This document shows, one piece after another, positions 47,442-57,131 of a stretch of 64,000 nt of DNA (position 1 is its first letter; every line of letters starts with the position of its first letter). This DNA is from Opitutus sp. GAS368 (GTDB lineage: Bacteria; Verrucomicrobiota; Verrucomicrobiia; Chthoniobacterales; Chthoniobacteraceae). The notes below the pieces were generated by a model, which was given only the letters and a program-made list of their open reading frames with translations, was not told where the DNA came from and searched no databases. A program made the translations under genes and the position numbers. The DNA is taken from the NCBI GenBank assembly GCA_943329925.2, contig CALQFT020000002.1:33-64032 (forward strand), in the 5' to 3' direction.

Positions 47442-49640
47442 CTACTTTCTTTTAGCCGTTGTCGTGCCTTCCATTTTGGTTAGTTCAACCAAATCGGAAA
47501 GGATATTGAGTGCTTCTTGCTTCACGGGATCTAGGCGGATGGGGGAGCTTTTGAATGCTGGTTTGCCCTCCTTGTCGAGCTGCGGCTCGGTGATGGCGTC
47601 GCTGGGGGGCGCATCTTCCTCATCGGACTGTGGAGCAGAAGGGTCTTTGGCAGGCTTGGGTTCCACAAACTTCACGGGTATCAAATCCTTCTTGGCAGCG
47701 TTGTCCAAAGTGATTCGATATACGCGTGGCTCCTTGTCCTTGGTGTGGCTTAGGCGGTCTTTTTCCCGCTGTTCTTTGCGGCTGGTTTCCTCAGCCATTT
47801 CGGCGCGCCTCGCGGCTTCGTTCAGCGAGATGCGGTTTTCTAAAGTCTTTTTGTGGATTCGGTTCAAGTCCTCCTTCACGTATGAGAACTCGGTGTTTTG
47901 CTGGATGCGCGGTTCCGCACGGCGACGCAGTTCATCTATGTGAAGGGGTTTTTCCCATTTGTCGAATTCCTGGGCTGTAATGGTGTCATAGGGGAGAGGA
48001 TCCTTGAGGGATTCCTCGCCAATCTCGGGTTGGTCGTAAATGGAGGGGAGGATGAGGTCGCTTTCTACGCCTCTGAGCTGGGTGGATCCGCCCGAAATAC
48101 GATAGAACTTTTGGATGGTGGGTTTAAGCGCACCGGCTTCCGGCCCGTTGGCTAAAAAGGGCACCGCCCGGCTCATCTCAATCATTTGCTGCACAGTCCC
48201 TTTACCAAAGGTCTTACTGTCGCCAACGATGATCGCACGGCCGTAATCTTGCATGGCGCCTGCGAAGATTTCGCTGGCAGATGCCGACTGTCGGTTGACT
48301 AGAACCATCATCGGACCTTCATAGGAGATGGTCGGATCCTTGTCTCGGTTGACGGTGAGTTCACCGTTCCAGCTGCGGGCCTGCACGACAGGTCCCTTTT
48401 TAATAAAGAGCCCGGTAAGATTCACCGCCTCATCGAGAAACCCGCCGCCATCTCGGCGCAGATCCATGATGAGCCCCTGAATTCCCTCAGCTTTGAGGCG
48501 ATTGAGCAGGGCTAGTACGTCGCGAGTAGTGCTCTTCGCGTTCGGATTGCCATTGCGATCCGGATCCCCGTAAAAGCTGGGAAGCACAATGATGCCTAGT
48601 TTGACGGTCTGGCCGTTTGGTTTGGTCCATTCGAGGAGTTCAGCGCGCGCCTCTTCGTCCTTGAGCTTCACTTCGTCACGCTTGATTTCCACAACGTTAC
48701 GTTCGGTGCCGTTGGTGATAAGCTGGAGGCGTACGATGGTGTCTTTTTTGCCCCTGATCATTCCGACAACCTTGTCTAGTTTCAGGTCCACGCAATCGAC
48801 GAACTCTTTTTCGCCCTCTGCAACAGCTGCGATCTTGTCGCCTACCTTGATTTTTCCGCTTTTCATGGCGGGGCCGCCCGGGAGGAGCTCTGCCACGCGG
48901 GCGTACCCGTCTTCAGCGCGGAGTTTTGCCCCGATACCAGAGAGGGAGAGGCGCATGTTGATGCTGAACTGTTCCAGATCGTTTTTGCTGAGATACTCGG
49001 AATGCGGGTCGTAGGTTTGGGCGAGGCAGAGCAGAAAAGTTTTCAGAACATCCTCCGGCGTTTGCTCGGAAAGATTGCGGGCAAATTGGTCGTAGCGCTT
49101 GGTTACCGCGATGACGGGATCGGTGGTTTTTTTGCTTAGTTTTTCTTGAAGCAATTCGGAGGTGACCCGGTCCTTCCAAACGTTGCGGGCGGCTTCTTCG
49201 TTGGCAGGCCAGGGGACTTTTTGGCGGTTGATTTCCACAAAGCCGTTGCCCTCGAAATTAGGCGTAGTGCTTATGATTTCTTTGGCGAAGGCAATTCTTT
49301 CTTCGGCACGCTGTTTGAAGAGGTCATAGATTTGATGGGCAGCGAGGGTGCGCCCGGCGAGGATCTCTGTATCGAGCTTGTCGGCCCACTGGGCGGTAAA
49401 GGAGTTGACGTCTTCTTGGGTGAAAAAGAGGTGATTGTAATCCAGTGCGTCCAGATAGTTGCGCAGCAACCGCCGCGAAAGGGCCGTGTCGAGGCGCTGT
49501 TTGGAGTAGTGTACATTTTCCAAGAGGCGCGCCACGGAAATGGTCACCTGACCGGGATCTGGTTCTGCGGCCGGGAGGTCGAGCCTCCAGAGCAAACTAA
49601 TCGCCGCGAAAGGGATAAGGAAGGAACGGTGCAGCTTCAT
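47442..49640 (-). CDS. S41 family carboxy-terminal processing (tail-specific) protease
   Basis: PDZ region GIGAKLRAEDGYARVAELLPGGPAMKSGKIKVGDKI and catalytic region VLVNRQSASASEIFAGAMQDYGRAIIVGDSKTFGKGTVQ. Confidence 0.9.
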   Translation of the reverse strand: MKLHRSFLIPFAAISLLWRLDLPAAEPDPGQVTISVARLLENVHYSKQRLDTALSRRLLRNYLDALDYNHLFFTQEDVNSFTAQWADKLDTEILAGRTLAAHQIYDLFKQRAEERIAFAKEIISTTPNFEGNGFVEINRQKVPWPANEEAARNVWKDRVTSELLQEKLSKKTTDPVIAVTKRYDQFARNLSEQTPEDVLKTFLLCLAQTYDPHSEYLSKNDLEQFSINMRLSLSGIGAKLRAEDGYARVAELLPGGPAMKSGKIKVGDKIAAVAEGEKEFVDCVDLKLDKVVGMIRGKKDTIVRLQLITNGTERNVVEIKRDEVKLKDEEARAELLEWTKPNGQTVKLGIIVLPSFYGDPDRNGNPNAKSTTRDVLALLNRLKAEGIQGLIMDLRRDGGGFLDEAVNLTGLFIKKGPVVQARSWNGELTVNRDKDPTISYEGPMMVLVNRQSASASEIFAGAMQDYGRAIIVGDSKTFGKGTVQQMIEMSRAVPFLANGPEAGALKPTIQKFYRISGGSTQLRGVESDLILPSIYDQPEIGEESLKDPLPYDTITAQEFDKWEKPLHIDELRRRAEPRIQQNTEFSYVKEDLNRIHKKTLENRISLNEAARRAEMAEETSRKEQREKDRLSHTKDKEPRVYRITLDNAAKKDLIPVKFVEPKPAKDPSAPQSDEEDAPPSDAITEPQLDKEGKPAFKSSPIRLDPVKQEALNILSDLVELTKMEGTTTAKRK

Positions 49641-49702
49641 GGGAGGCGTTATTTATTGGAACGGAAGGTGAGAGAATGCGGAATGGGGAGGGGGCAAACA
49701 AA

Positions 49703-49750
49703 GCGCGCGTCAGATAGAGGATATAGAGGATATAGAGGAGAAAGAGGATA
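49703..49750. repeat. 9-bp tandem repeat (T/G)A(T/A)AGAGGA x5
   Basis: A direct read: gatagagga tatagagga tatagagga gaaagagga tatagagga. It lies upstream of the S41 protease start. Confidence 0.85.
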
Positions 49751-49810
49751 TAGAGGAGAAACCCAGTGCATCGATTGGTTTGAAGGGGTGGGGCTTTGGG
49801 GAGACCGCGC

Positions 49811-49837
49811 CCAATTAGCTTAATTAGCCCAATTAGC
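49811..49837. repeat. 9-bp tandem repeat CCAATTAGC x3
   Basis: A direct read: ccaattagc ttaattagc ccaattagc. Confidence 0.8.
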
Positions 49838-50084
49838 CCGAACTGACCTCAGCCCCGACCGACTGCGGCAAATGTTTCGCCGAATTTGAAGCAAGCCTGA
49901 CACAAACTTTGCTTAGACTTTGGCACAGACTTTGGCGCGCGCAAAGAAGCTTTACTATAACTACGGAGTTCGCTCGTCCAAAGTTCTACCAAAATTACTT
50001 CGGCATCAAATTTTTTTGGAATTCTTAAAAGTGGCGGGTGAATGGGGTTTGTGTGTGGAGTTGGGCAAAAGGAGGAGGGGCAAA

Positions 50085-51410
50085 TTAAGGAACCAGTTCG
50101 CCCACCAGAAAGATGGCTCCAGGATACCAATTAGATCCGTCATACTTGGCGGGTTTTTTTACAAAATCGTCCCGGTTTTTTTCAAAAAGGATGGATTCTT
50201 TTGGTAGTTTTTCTGCGAGCACCCGGATTTTAACCTCATGCACATCTGATTCGATCAGACCCGCAGCCAGTCCAGAGGTGGCTAATCGGCTATAGGTGCA
50301 ATAGCCGTCAAAACGTTGGCGGTTGGAGGGCTTGCCATCGACGGTGACTTCAATTTTGCCGCAGTCAGGGCCTACCAAATCGTAGATTTTTGCGGCGCTG
50401 CCTTTGAAGCGGAAAGCGAGTTCAGCCCCTGGTTCGGCCTTCCAAAGGGAACCCATCCGGCTGGAGAATTGCCGGCCTAGGCCCGCGTCTGTCGGGAGCA
50501 AGGTCCAAGGGCCGCTTTGGTTGGCCTTGTTGAGGGGAAGCATGACGGTGTTCTGATAGTTGTGCGGATCCAGAGGCTCGGGCAAAGGGTGCGTTCCCTG
50601 AGTTTTGCCCGCCTGCTGTATGAGGGGGAGCGATCTCATAACGGCTTCCGTATAGAGACGGTGGCCGGTATCGACATAGGGATGAACGCCGTCTTGAGAA
50701 AACGGGATTTTCCCATCGGGCCCCACCGCCATCGGTGAGGAAACGTTGAGTTGCTCGCCGGATACGCGCTCCACCTTGCCCTCGGCGGCCTTCATGAGGA
50801 GTTTGCCCTCGGAGGCAAGACGCACTGCCTCTAGGCCCATGTGGATGCTGGGAATACTGTAATGGTCGGCCACGATTTCCATTGTGGCAGTGGAACGGTT
50901 AAAGTAGCCGCCTTGTAATTCAGCCAGCATTGGCTCGGTGAACGTGTACACAAAACATAGGTCGCACTGCGGGAAAGAAGCCTGGGTTTTTCTCACGATG
51001 CCTTCCATTGCGCGGATAATTTCCACGGGTGCGGCTCCTGCATCGTTGACTGCAAACTCCACAAAAAGCAGGTCAGGCTTCGCTGTGAAAACATCGTGTT
51101 CGAGGCGGAATACGCCTAGGTCGCTACCGGTTCCGCCGATTGCTGCGTTGATTTCCCTGAACCGTGCTTGAGGATAAAGTTTGGCGAATTGCGCCAATGT
51201 TTTCACGCGATATCCCGGTTGGGCAGTGATGCTGCCACCCAGATAGGCTACGGCGATTTCGCCCCCAGCGGCGGCTTTGGCAAAGAAGTTTGGGAGGCCG
51301 CTGCGGGGGGTGCATTCTGTCGTTTGACGCTTTGGTGGAAAATCTTGAGTCTCGGCGGCGGGTGCGAGGAGGGGAAAAAGACACAGACCGATGAGGTGGG
51401 AAAAACGCAT
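50085..51410 (-). CDS. SGNH/GDSL-like hydrolase with C-terminal beta-sandwich-like domain
   Basis: Signal peptide MRFSHLIGLCLFPLLAPA (ATG 51410). GDS-like block IAVAYLGGSITAQ, GG block NAAIGGTGS, and FAVNDA. The track ORF extends to 51551. Confidence 0.65.
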   Translation of the reverse strand: MRFSHLIGLCLFPLLAPAAETQDFPPKRQTTECTPRSGLPNFFAKAAAGGEIAVAYLGGSITAQPGYRVKTLAQFAKLYPQARFREINAAIGGTGSDLGVFRLEHDVFTAKPDLLFVEFAVNDAGAAPVEIIRAMEGIVRKTQASFPQCDLCFVYTFTEPMLAELQGGYFNRSTATMEIVADHYSIPSIHMGLEAVRLASEGKLLMKAAEGKVERVSGEQLNVSSPMAVGPDGKIPFSQDGVHPYVDTGHRLYTEAVMRSLPLIQQAGKTQGTHPLPEPLDPHNYQNTVMLPLNKANQSGPWTLLPTDAGLGRQFSSRMGSLWKAEPGAELAFRFKGSAAKIYDLVGPDCGKIEVTVDGKPSNRQRFDGYCTYSRLATSGLAAGLIESDVHEVKIRVLAEKLPKESILFEKNRDDFVKKPAKYDGSNWYPGAIFLVGELVP

Positions 51411-51474
51411 ACGATTGAGCTCGGGGAGAGGGAGGGGTGAATGCTCGGGAAGTTGGGTTTCAGATCGCGAGGAA

Positions 51475-52467
51475 TCAGGGGAGGCGCAATTTTTCCAAGA
51501 GGTAATCCAGAGAGGATTTGTGCAGCACATCTGGGGCTCCAGGGTAAACAAGTTCGCAGGGCACGCCCAAGGTTTGGAGTTTTTCCTGCAGTTTCACGCC
51601 GTAATTAGAAGTGTGTGTAGGATCCTTTTGCTCCTGCCCAAGCCCCGGAGGCTCCGCGTAATTTAGATAAATGGGAGGTGCTCCGGCGGCGGCGTGTTCG
51701 AACGGAGAAAACTCCTTGATCCAAGATAGCACGTCTGCGCGGTGTTCGAGGAATTCGGCGAACCGTGTGTCGCGAGTGGCCAAGTCGGCTGGGTTCATGA
51801 AGCCAAAGGCGTGGCCCCCATAACGGCTGTTTGGGGTCCATTCTTTAAGTTGCAGTGGATCCAGCGAGGTTTGGGCGCCATCCACTGCCGCACACCAGAG
51901 CCGGGTGGACTCATGCGCGATCGGGTCGGAGCTTTTCGGATCGGCCATGTCGGAATGAAAGGCCAACCAGAGAGAGGAACACGCGCCGGCCGAGCCGCCA
52001 CTGGCGCCGATGCGTTTTGGATTGATGTGCCAGTCCTGCGCCTTGCTTCGCACAAATTGCAGTGCCCGTGCGGCGTCCTTCAGCGGCCATTCTACGGGCG
52101 GCTTCACCTCGGCTAATTGAGCCTGCCAAGTGTAGCGGTAGTTGATGGATACGACGGAGATTCCGGCACTCAGGCAGCGCTTCACCATGCCGCCGACGCT
52201 CGCTTTGTCGCCACGCACCCAACCGCCGCCGTGGATAAAGAACAGTACGGGGGCGGGATTCTGTGAATCAGCTTTCCAAAAATCCAGCACCTGCCGCTCA
52301 TGGGGTCCGTAAGGGACGTTTGCTAAAGTGGGCTCGGGAAGCGGGGCAGGCTTGGGTTTGGCTGCTTCCGTCGCGCTTGTGGGGGCTGCGGGAGAGGTGT
52401 TGGGGCTATTCTGCCCCAATCCTGCTTGGGTGAATAGAATGATGAGTGCGAAAATCTGAAGTTTCAT
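51475..52467 (-). CDS. alpha/beta hydrolase (esterase/lipase-like)
   Basis: Signal peptide, oxyanion block VLFFIHGGGWVRGDK and nucleophile elbow GASGGSAGA. Confidence 0.8.
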   Translation of the reverse strand: MKLQIFALIILFTQAGLGQNSPNTSPAAPTSATEAAKPKPAPLPEPTLANVPYGPHERQVLDFWKADSQNPAPVLFFIHGGGWVRGDKASVGGMVKRCLSAGISVVSINYRYTWQAQLAEVKPPVEWPLKDAARALQFVRSKAQDWHINPKRIGASGGSAGACSSLWLAFHSDMADPKSSDPIAHESTRLWCAAVDGAQTSLDPLQLKEWTPNSRYGGHAFGFMNPADLATRDTRFAEFLEHRADVLSWIKEFSPFEHAAAGAPPIYLNYAEPPGLGQEQKDPTHTSNYGVKLQEKLQTLGVPCELVYPGAPDVLHKSSLDYLLEKLRLP

Positions 52468-52533
52468 TTTTGGGGTGGAATGAGGAGGTTGCCCATAACA
52501 ACAACCGCCGAAAGCGGTGGTTATTGTGGTAAT

Positions 52534-52965
52534 TCATAAATCCTTCTTAAAATGAAAACCCAGAATTTCGTAGCCTTGGCGGAAATAAAACCGATGAGCA
52601 CCCGCAAACGTGACATAGGAATCCAGCGCCACGATTTTGCACCCCAGAGAACGGGCTTTGTCTTCCAGCCAGTCCATCATTTTAGCGCCTACGCCCTGCG
52701 ACCTGAAGGCTTCGTCGACCACCACATTGTCGACGTCCATGTACTCTCCACAATAAAACCTCGCTCCGAGCCAGTATCCGGCAACGCCGACCAAGCGCCC
52801 CGCATCAAACGCTGCGATGCAGTGGTATCCGTGCGTGGTCATTACTTGTAATCGGCGCCGCAACTCCTCGGCTGGAATTTTGAAATTATGTTTTTCAATA
52901 AGAGGCAGAATCAACGACAACTCATCCTTCAAGAGCTCGCGAATACTGATTGATTGAGGAAGCAT
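52534..52965 (-). CDS. GNAT family N-acetyltransferase
   Basis: VDNVVVDEAFRSQGVGAKMMDWLEDKARSLGC is the acetyl-CoA binding motif A. ATG at 52965; the upstream extension of the track ORF overlaps the divergent gene. Confidence 0.75.
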   Translation of the reverse strand: MLPQSISIRELLKDELSLILPLIEKHNFKIPAEELRRRLQVMTTHGYHCIAAFDAGRLVGVAGYWLGARFYCGEYMDVDNVVVDEAFRSQGVGAKMMDWLEDKARSLGCKIVALDSYVTFAGAHRFYFRQGYEILGFHFKKDL

Positions 52966-53083
52966 GCGCTCTAGTAAACAATGCGCGCTCGCTGGCGCAA
53001 GGGCGGGCGATTTAATTCTTCTATTCAATAAATCCTTTAATACGTTCAAAGGCATTTCCAAAAACTTGGTTCTCTCACACACT

Positions 53084-54121
53084 ATGACTTCCCCCCGCTG
53101 GATCCTCCCCGCCCTAGGTCTCGTTTGCTCCGCCTCACTGGCCTGTGCCGCATCGGTAGAAACCGAGATGGTAGCGGCCGCGCAACGCTTCTTGGTAACA
53201 TTGTCACCGGAACAAACGACCAAAGCCGTATTCACGCTTGAAGACGCAGAGCGTAAAAATTGGCATTTTATTCCGCGGCCGCGCCTTGGGCTTCCATTGA
53301 AGGCGATGACTCCGGAACAGCGGCTCGTGGCGCAGGCCCTTTTGGCGACTGGGCTCAGCAGCCAGGGCTACAGCAAGGCGCTTACGGTAATGAGCCTGGA
53401 AGCGGTGCTTGCGGAGCTTGAGAAAGGCCAGACGGGCAAAGCGGTGCGTGATCCTGAGATGTACTTTTTCTCTGTATTTGGAACTCCAAAAAACGGGGCT
53501 GCCTGGGGTTGGCGTTTGGAAGGGCACCATCTTTCGTTAAACTTCACCTGTTCAGGGAAAGGCACGACTTCGACCCCATCGTTCTATGGGACAAACCCGG
53601 GAGAAGTACGTCAGGGCCCACGCATGGGATTGCGGTTGTTGGAAAAGGAGGAAGAACTCGGCCGCGCGCTGGTGAAGTCGCTTAGCGAGGAGCAAAAGAA
53701 GGCGGCGGTTCTCGCAAGCGAAGTTCCCAAAGACGTGCTTAATGATCCGAAGCGCACTGAACTTACTGCAAGCGAAGGAGTGTTGCTGTCCTCGTTGAGC
53801 GCCTCCCAGCAGGAAATGGCGGCGCAGCTAGTTCGCGAATATCTTGGGACGCACCGCGCGGAGGTGGCCGCCGCCGAGTGGGATCGGATCAAGTCTGCGG
53901 AATGGAATCAGGCACGCTTCTGTTGGGCGGGAGGCTTCGAGCCCGGGGCTGGACATTACTACCGTATTCAGGGGGCGAACTTTGTCATGGAGTACGACAA
54001 CACGCAGAATGGGGCCAATCATCCGCACGCAGTTTGGCGGGATCGGGTTGGGGACTTTGGCGCGGATTTGTTGAAGGAGCATTACCAGGCTAGCCACGCT
54101 CCGTCGGGTGGCCAGAAGTAA
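53084..54121 (+). CDS. DUF3500 domain protein (secreted)
   Basis: Signal peptide MTSPRWILPALGLVCSASLACA. The blocks ERKNWHFIPRPR, GWRLEGHHLSLNF and EYDNTQNGANHPHAVWRD are as I recall for DUF3500. Confidence 0.7.
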   Translation: MTSPRWILPALGLVCSASLACAASVETEMVAAAQRFLVTLSPEQTTKAVFTLEDAERKNWHFIPRPRLGLPLKAMTPEQRLVAQALLATGLSSQGYSKALTVMSLEAVLAELEKGQTGKAVRDPEMYFFSVFGTPKNGAAWGWRLEGHHLSLNFTCSGKGTTSTPSFYGTNPGEVRQGPRMGLRLLEKEEELGRALVKSLSEEQKKAAVLASEVPKDVLNDPKRTELTASEGVLLSSLSASQQEMAAQLVREYLGTHRAEVAAAEWDRIKSAEWNQARFCWAGGFEPGAGHYYRIQGANFVMEYDNTQNGANHPHAVWRDRVGDFGADLLKEHYQASHAPSGGQK

Positions 54122-54134
54122 CGTTTTTGGAGGA

Positions 54135-54578
54135 TCAGCGCTCGCAGTCTGCCAGAGGCTGGCCGCAGCCACAGGTTTCCCCTGTGACTTCGACTTCGAA
54201 GGCGATGGATTGCAGCGCCATCTGATCATGGACATGCTGGAGGAAAGCAAGTTCCTGTTGTCCGGGGGGAGCTGCGCAATCCAATCTGATGCGCAGGGGT
54301 TTGCCGACGAAATCCGGATATGCATCCGCCATCTCACCGTCGAGGGCGAAGGAAAGGTAGGCGTTTAACTTTTCTTGAAGCTGGAATAATTGGAGTTCTA
54401 TCTCAGTCCAGGGCCTTTTTTCAACCATCACTAAAAGGACTTCTTCTGCAACCCGGTTGAACCCCAGAAAGTCGATTACTCCAGCATGTTCCACTCCCTT
54501 TGGGGCGATGTCTTCAGGTTCTGAAGACGGTTGGGAAGTAGAATGAGCGGTTTGAGAAGTGAAGTTTGGCTGGCTCAT
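54135..54578 (-). CDS. hypothetical protein
   Basis: A 147-aa ORF with an acidic/Ser-rich N-terminus and a conserved-looking core (VIDFLGFNRVAEEVLLVMVEKRPW...LQEKLNAYLSFALDGEM). I recognise no function with confidence. Confidence 0.45.
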   Translation of the reverse strand: MSQPNFTSQTAHSTSQPSSEPEDIAPKGVEHAGVIDFLGFNRVAEEVLLVMVEKRPWTEIELQLFQLQEKLNAYLSFALDGEMADAYPDFVGKPLRIRLDCAAPPGQQELAFLQHVHDQMALQSIAFEVEVTGETCGCGQPLADCER

Positions 54579-54638
54579 GAGAATATTTGATAGAAATGTA
54601 GCAAGGGGCGCGAGTTCGCCCGAGTGTTTTTGAAAGAA

Positions 54639-55616
54639 ATGAGAGCGATTGTTGTCGAGAAATTTGGCGGTCCGGAAGTGCTAACCCTCAAACATCAGCC
54701 TGAGTTGCGCCCAAGTCCGGAGCAACTACTTGTGCGGGTGAATGCGGCGGGGGTTAATCCGGTGGATGGCTATATTCGTTCGGGTAATTACGGCAAGTTG
54801 CCAGCGTTGCCGTATACTCCCGGAATGGACGGAGCCGGGTTGGTGGAGGCCGTTGGCGGGCAGTTGCGCGGGTATCGAAAAGGACAACGGGTGTATCTAT
54901 CGGGAAGTTTGACGGGCACCTACGCCGAGTTTTGCTTGTGCTTGCCCACGCAGGTTCACGCTTTGCCTCCGCAAATTAGTTTTGAAGAAGGGGCCTGCCT
55001 TGGCATTCCGTATGCGACGGCAAGCTACGCCCTTTTCTACAGAGGTGGTCTCAAGAAGGGGCAGAGCGTGTTGATTCACGGAGCCACCGGCGGGGTCGGC
55101 CTCGCGGCAGTTCAATTGGCCAAGCGCGCCGGGTTGCGAGTCTTCGCCACGGGGGGTACTGAGTCCGGTCGGCAATTGGTTAAGGGCCATGGTGCAGATT
55201 ACGTTTTTGACCACAATCTACCTGGATACCAACAGCAGATTTTGGAAAGCACGAAGGGTGAGGGCGTGAGCGCTATTATTGAAATGTTGGCCAATGTGAA
55301 TTTGGGCCGCGACTTGCCGCTCCTCTCCCATGGAGGCTGCGTGGTGGTGGTTGGGAGTCGGGGGCCTGTGCAGATTCAACCTCGCGAATTGATGACGCGT
55401 GAGGCTGACATCCGTGGAGCAATGATCCTGCAAGCACCCCCAGGCGTTTTGGCCCGAATTCACACGGATTTACTCACGGGCCTCACCGACGGCACATTGA
55501 AGCCCGTGATATGGGCGGTGTTCGATTTGGAGCACGCCTGTGATGCGGCGGCCTTGCAAATGCAACCGGGGGCCTCAGGCAAAGTTGTGATTTCTTGCAC
55601 GCCCCCGACTGCTTGA
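54639..55616 (+). CDS. NADPH:quinone oxidoreductase (zeta-crystallin/MDR family)
   Basis: MRAIVVEKFGGPEVL...VRV.AAGVNPVD...G.D.AG.V.AVG and the nucleotide motif IHGATGGVGLAAVQLAK. Confidence 0.85.
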   Translation: MRAIVVEKFGGPEVLTLKHQPELRPSPEQLLVRVNAAGVNPVDGYIRSGNYGKLPALPYTPGMDGAGLVEAVGGQLRGYRKGQRVYLSGSLTGTYAEFCLCLPTQVHALPPQISFEEGACLGIPYATASYALFYRGGLKKGQSVLIHGATGGVGLAAVQLAKRAGLRVFATGGTESGRQLVKGHGADYVFDHNLPGYQQQILESTKGEGVSAIIEMLANVNLGRDLPLLSHGGCVVVVGSRGPVQIQPRELMTREADIRGAMILQAPPGVLARIHTDLLTGLTDGTLKPVIWAVFDLEHACDAAALQMQPGASGKVVISCTPPTA

Positions 55617-57131
55617 GCTTGAGCTCGTTGGGGTCAATGCTTCGGGTTCTTGAGCCGAATGCAGGCCCAGTTGAGCCTCGAGCGCAAGCTCCTGCCTGGG
55701 CTCTCGTCGTGCTTGATGAATTCTAGATTTGTTGTTGCTCCAAGTGCAGCCCAGCCAGAAAAGCGAGACCAGTAGAACGCTTGGATTTTGAAGTGGAAAA
55801 TCTGCTATGGCATGCAGGCCTAAGGCGCCCAAGGCGGCAAGTCCGCAGGCTTTCTCCCGATAATTGCGCCCGTTTGCAGGAATAAGGACAGGGTGCGCGT
55901 TGAGCGGAAACATTCCAAGGACGCCGCGGAGGAGTAAGGACAGCCAGCAAAGCGCTCCGACACAGCCCCATTCGATCCAAAACTCCAGATAATCGCAGTG
56001 CGCATGCTTCCACACCCCGGCGATGGAATTCGACGTTCCCGCTGTGTATTGAGGAAACACGGCTTGAAAAGTTCCCGGCCCAAATCCCCAAAGACCAGCA
56101 TCATGCGTTATTTTGAGCGAGACTCCTGCGGCTTCCACCCGGGGGTTTGAAAGCGTCCATTGTTGTGGGAGCATGCGCCATTTTTCCAGTAACGGGTGCA
56201 CCTGAAACACAGCCAAGCTCAGCAGTGCCAGAGCTGCTAAACAAAGCCCCACAGTTCTCCTCTCGCTGCGAGGATGCTCTGGTGTGGTATGTTTGGACTG
56301 CACGTCGCCTTTGCTCTCCTGCCCGCCGCGCATCAAGACGGCTGTCAGCACGAGAGTTTCCAGCAACCCGACCACACTGCTGATGCGGGACGTATTCCAA
56401 AAAAGTGCCACCCCACTCAACAGCACCCCAGCGAATCCTATCCAACGTTGCATGCGGCGCTCGTACAGCAGGATGCAATATCCTGGCAGCAGGGCATTAA
56501 AGTAGGCCCCTGCGCTACCCGGGTAGATGAAGGTCCCGAAGAAGGGCTGTTCCACACCCAGTCCGGAACCCAAAATTGAGGTGCTTTCTGTTAGGCGTTG
56601 ACCCAAGGCAATGAGCAGCATCACCAGCCCCCCGCTCAAAAGCGCGATTCGCATTCGGGCCCGGCGCTGCGGATTGGAGCAAAGGTCGGCTGTCATGCAA
56701 AGCAGCCCAAGCATAAGCGTCCAGCGTATCATCGCGACCCGCGAGGTGGGACCATCCACGGACGAGGGCAGCCAGCTCCAATAGCTCTCCACGGGCAGGA
56801 AGCCTTGGTTTGGCCCCATAAAAGTGAAGCTCGGATTCAGTGCGGACGTCCAGCCCAGCAGCAGCAGTCCCGCCACGAGCCATCCAAGCGCCGGGCGAAA
56901 GGAACAAGACCGCAACATTGTCAGTTGGGCGCTTGCCCAGAGCAGGAGCGAGCACGCGGCCAGTGCTGCAAACCAAATTCTGGCGGAATCCGTGACGCCG
57001 CCGAGAAACAGGGGGAAGGTTCCAGCCAAAAGCATCCAAAGCAAAGCGCTGGCCTCTCTCGCCAGCGCTGCGGCTTGGAGCCAGGAGGGCGGTTTTGAAC
57101 TTCCTCGACTGGTTGTTGATGAGCTCACCAT
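55575..57131 (-). CDS. O-antigen ligase (Wzy_C) family membrane protein
   Basis: Polytopic membrane protein with WNTSRISSVVGL and the periplasmic-loop motif HAHCDYLEFWIEWG. ATG 57131 overlaps the upstream GT stop (ATGGTGA). Confidence 0.7.
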   Translation of the reverse strand: MVSSSTTSRGSSKPPSWLQAAALAREASALLWMLLAGTFPLFLGGVTDSARIWFAALAACSLLLWASAQLTMLRSCSFRPALGWLVAGLLLLGWTSALNPSFTFMGPNQGFLPVESYWSWLPSSVDGPTSRVAMIRWTLMLGLLCMTADLCSNPQRRARMRIALLSGGLVMLLIALGQRLTESTSILGSGLGVEQPFFGTFIYPGSAGAYFNALLPGYCILLYERRMQRWIGFAGVLLSGVALFWNTSRISSVVGLLETLVLTAVLMRGGQESKGDVQSKHTTPEHPRSERRTVGLCLAALALLSLAVFQVHPLLEKWRMLPQQWTLSNPRVEAAGVSLKITHDAGLWGFGPGTFQAVFPQYTAGTSNSIAGVWKHAHCDYLEFWIEWGCVGALCWLSLLLRGVLGMFPLNAHPVLIPANGRNYREKACGLAALGALGLHAIADFPLQNPSVLLVSLFWLGCTWSNNKSRIHQARREPRQELALEAQLGLHSAQEPEALTPTSSSSSSRGRARNHNFA

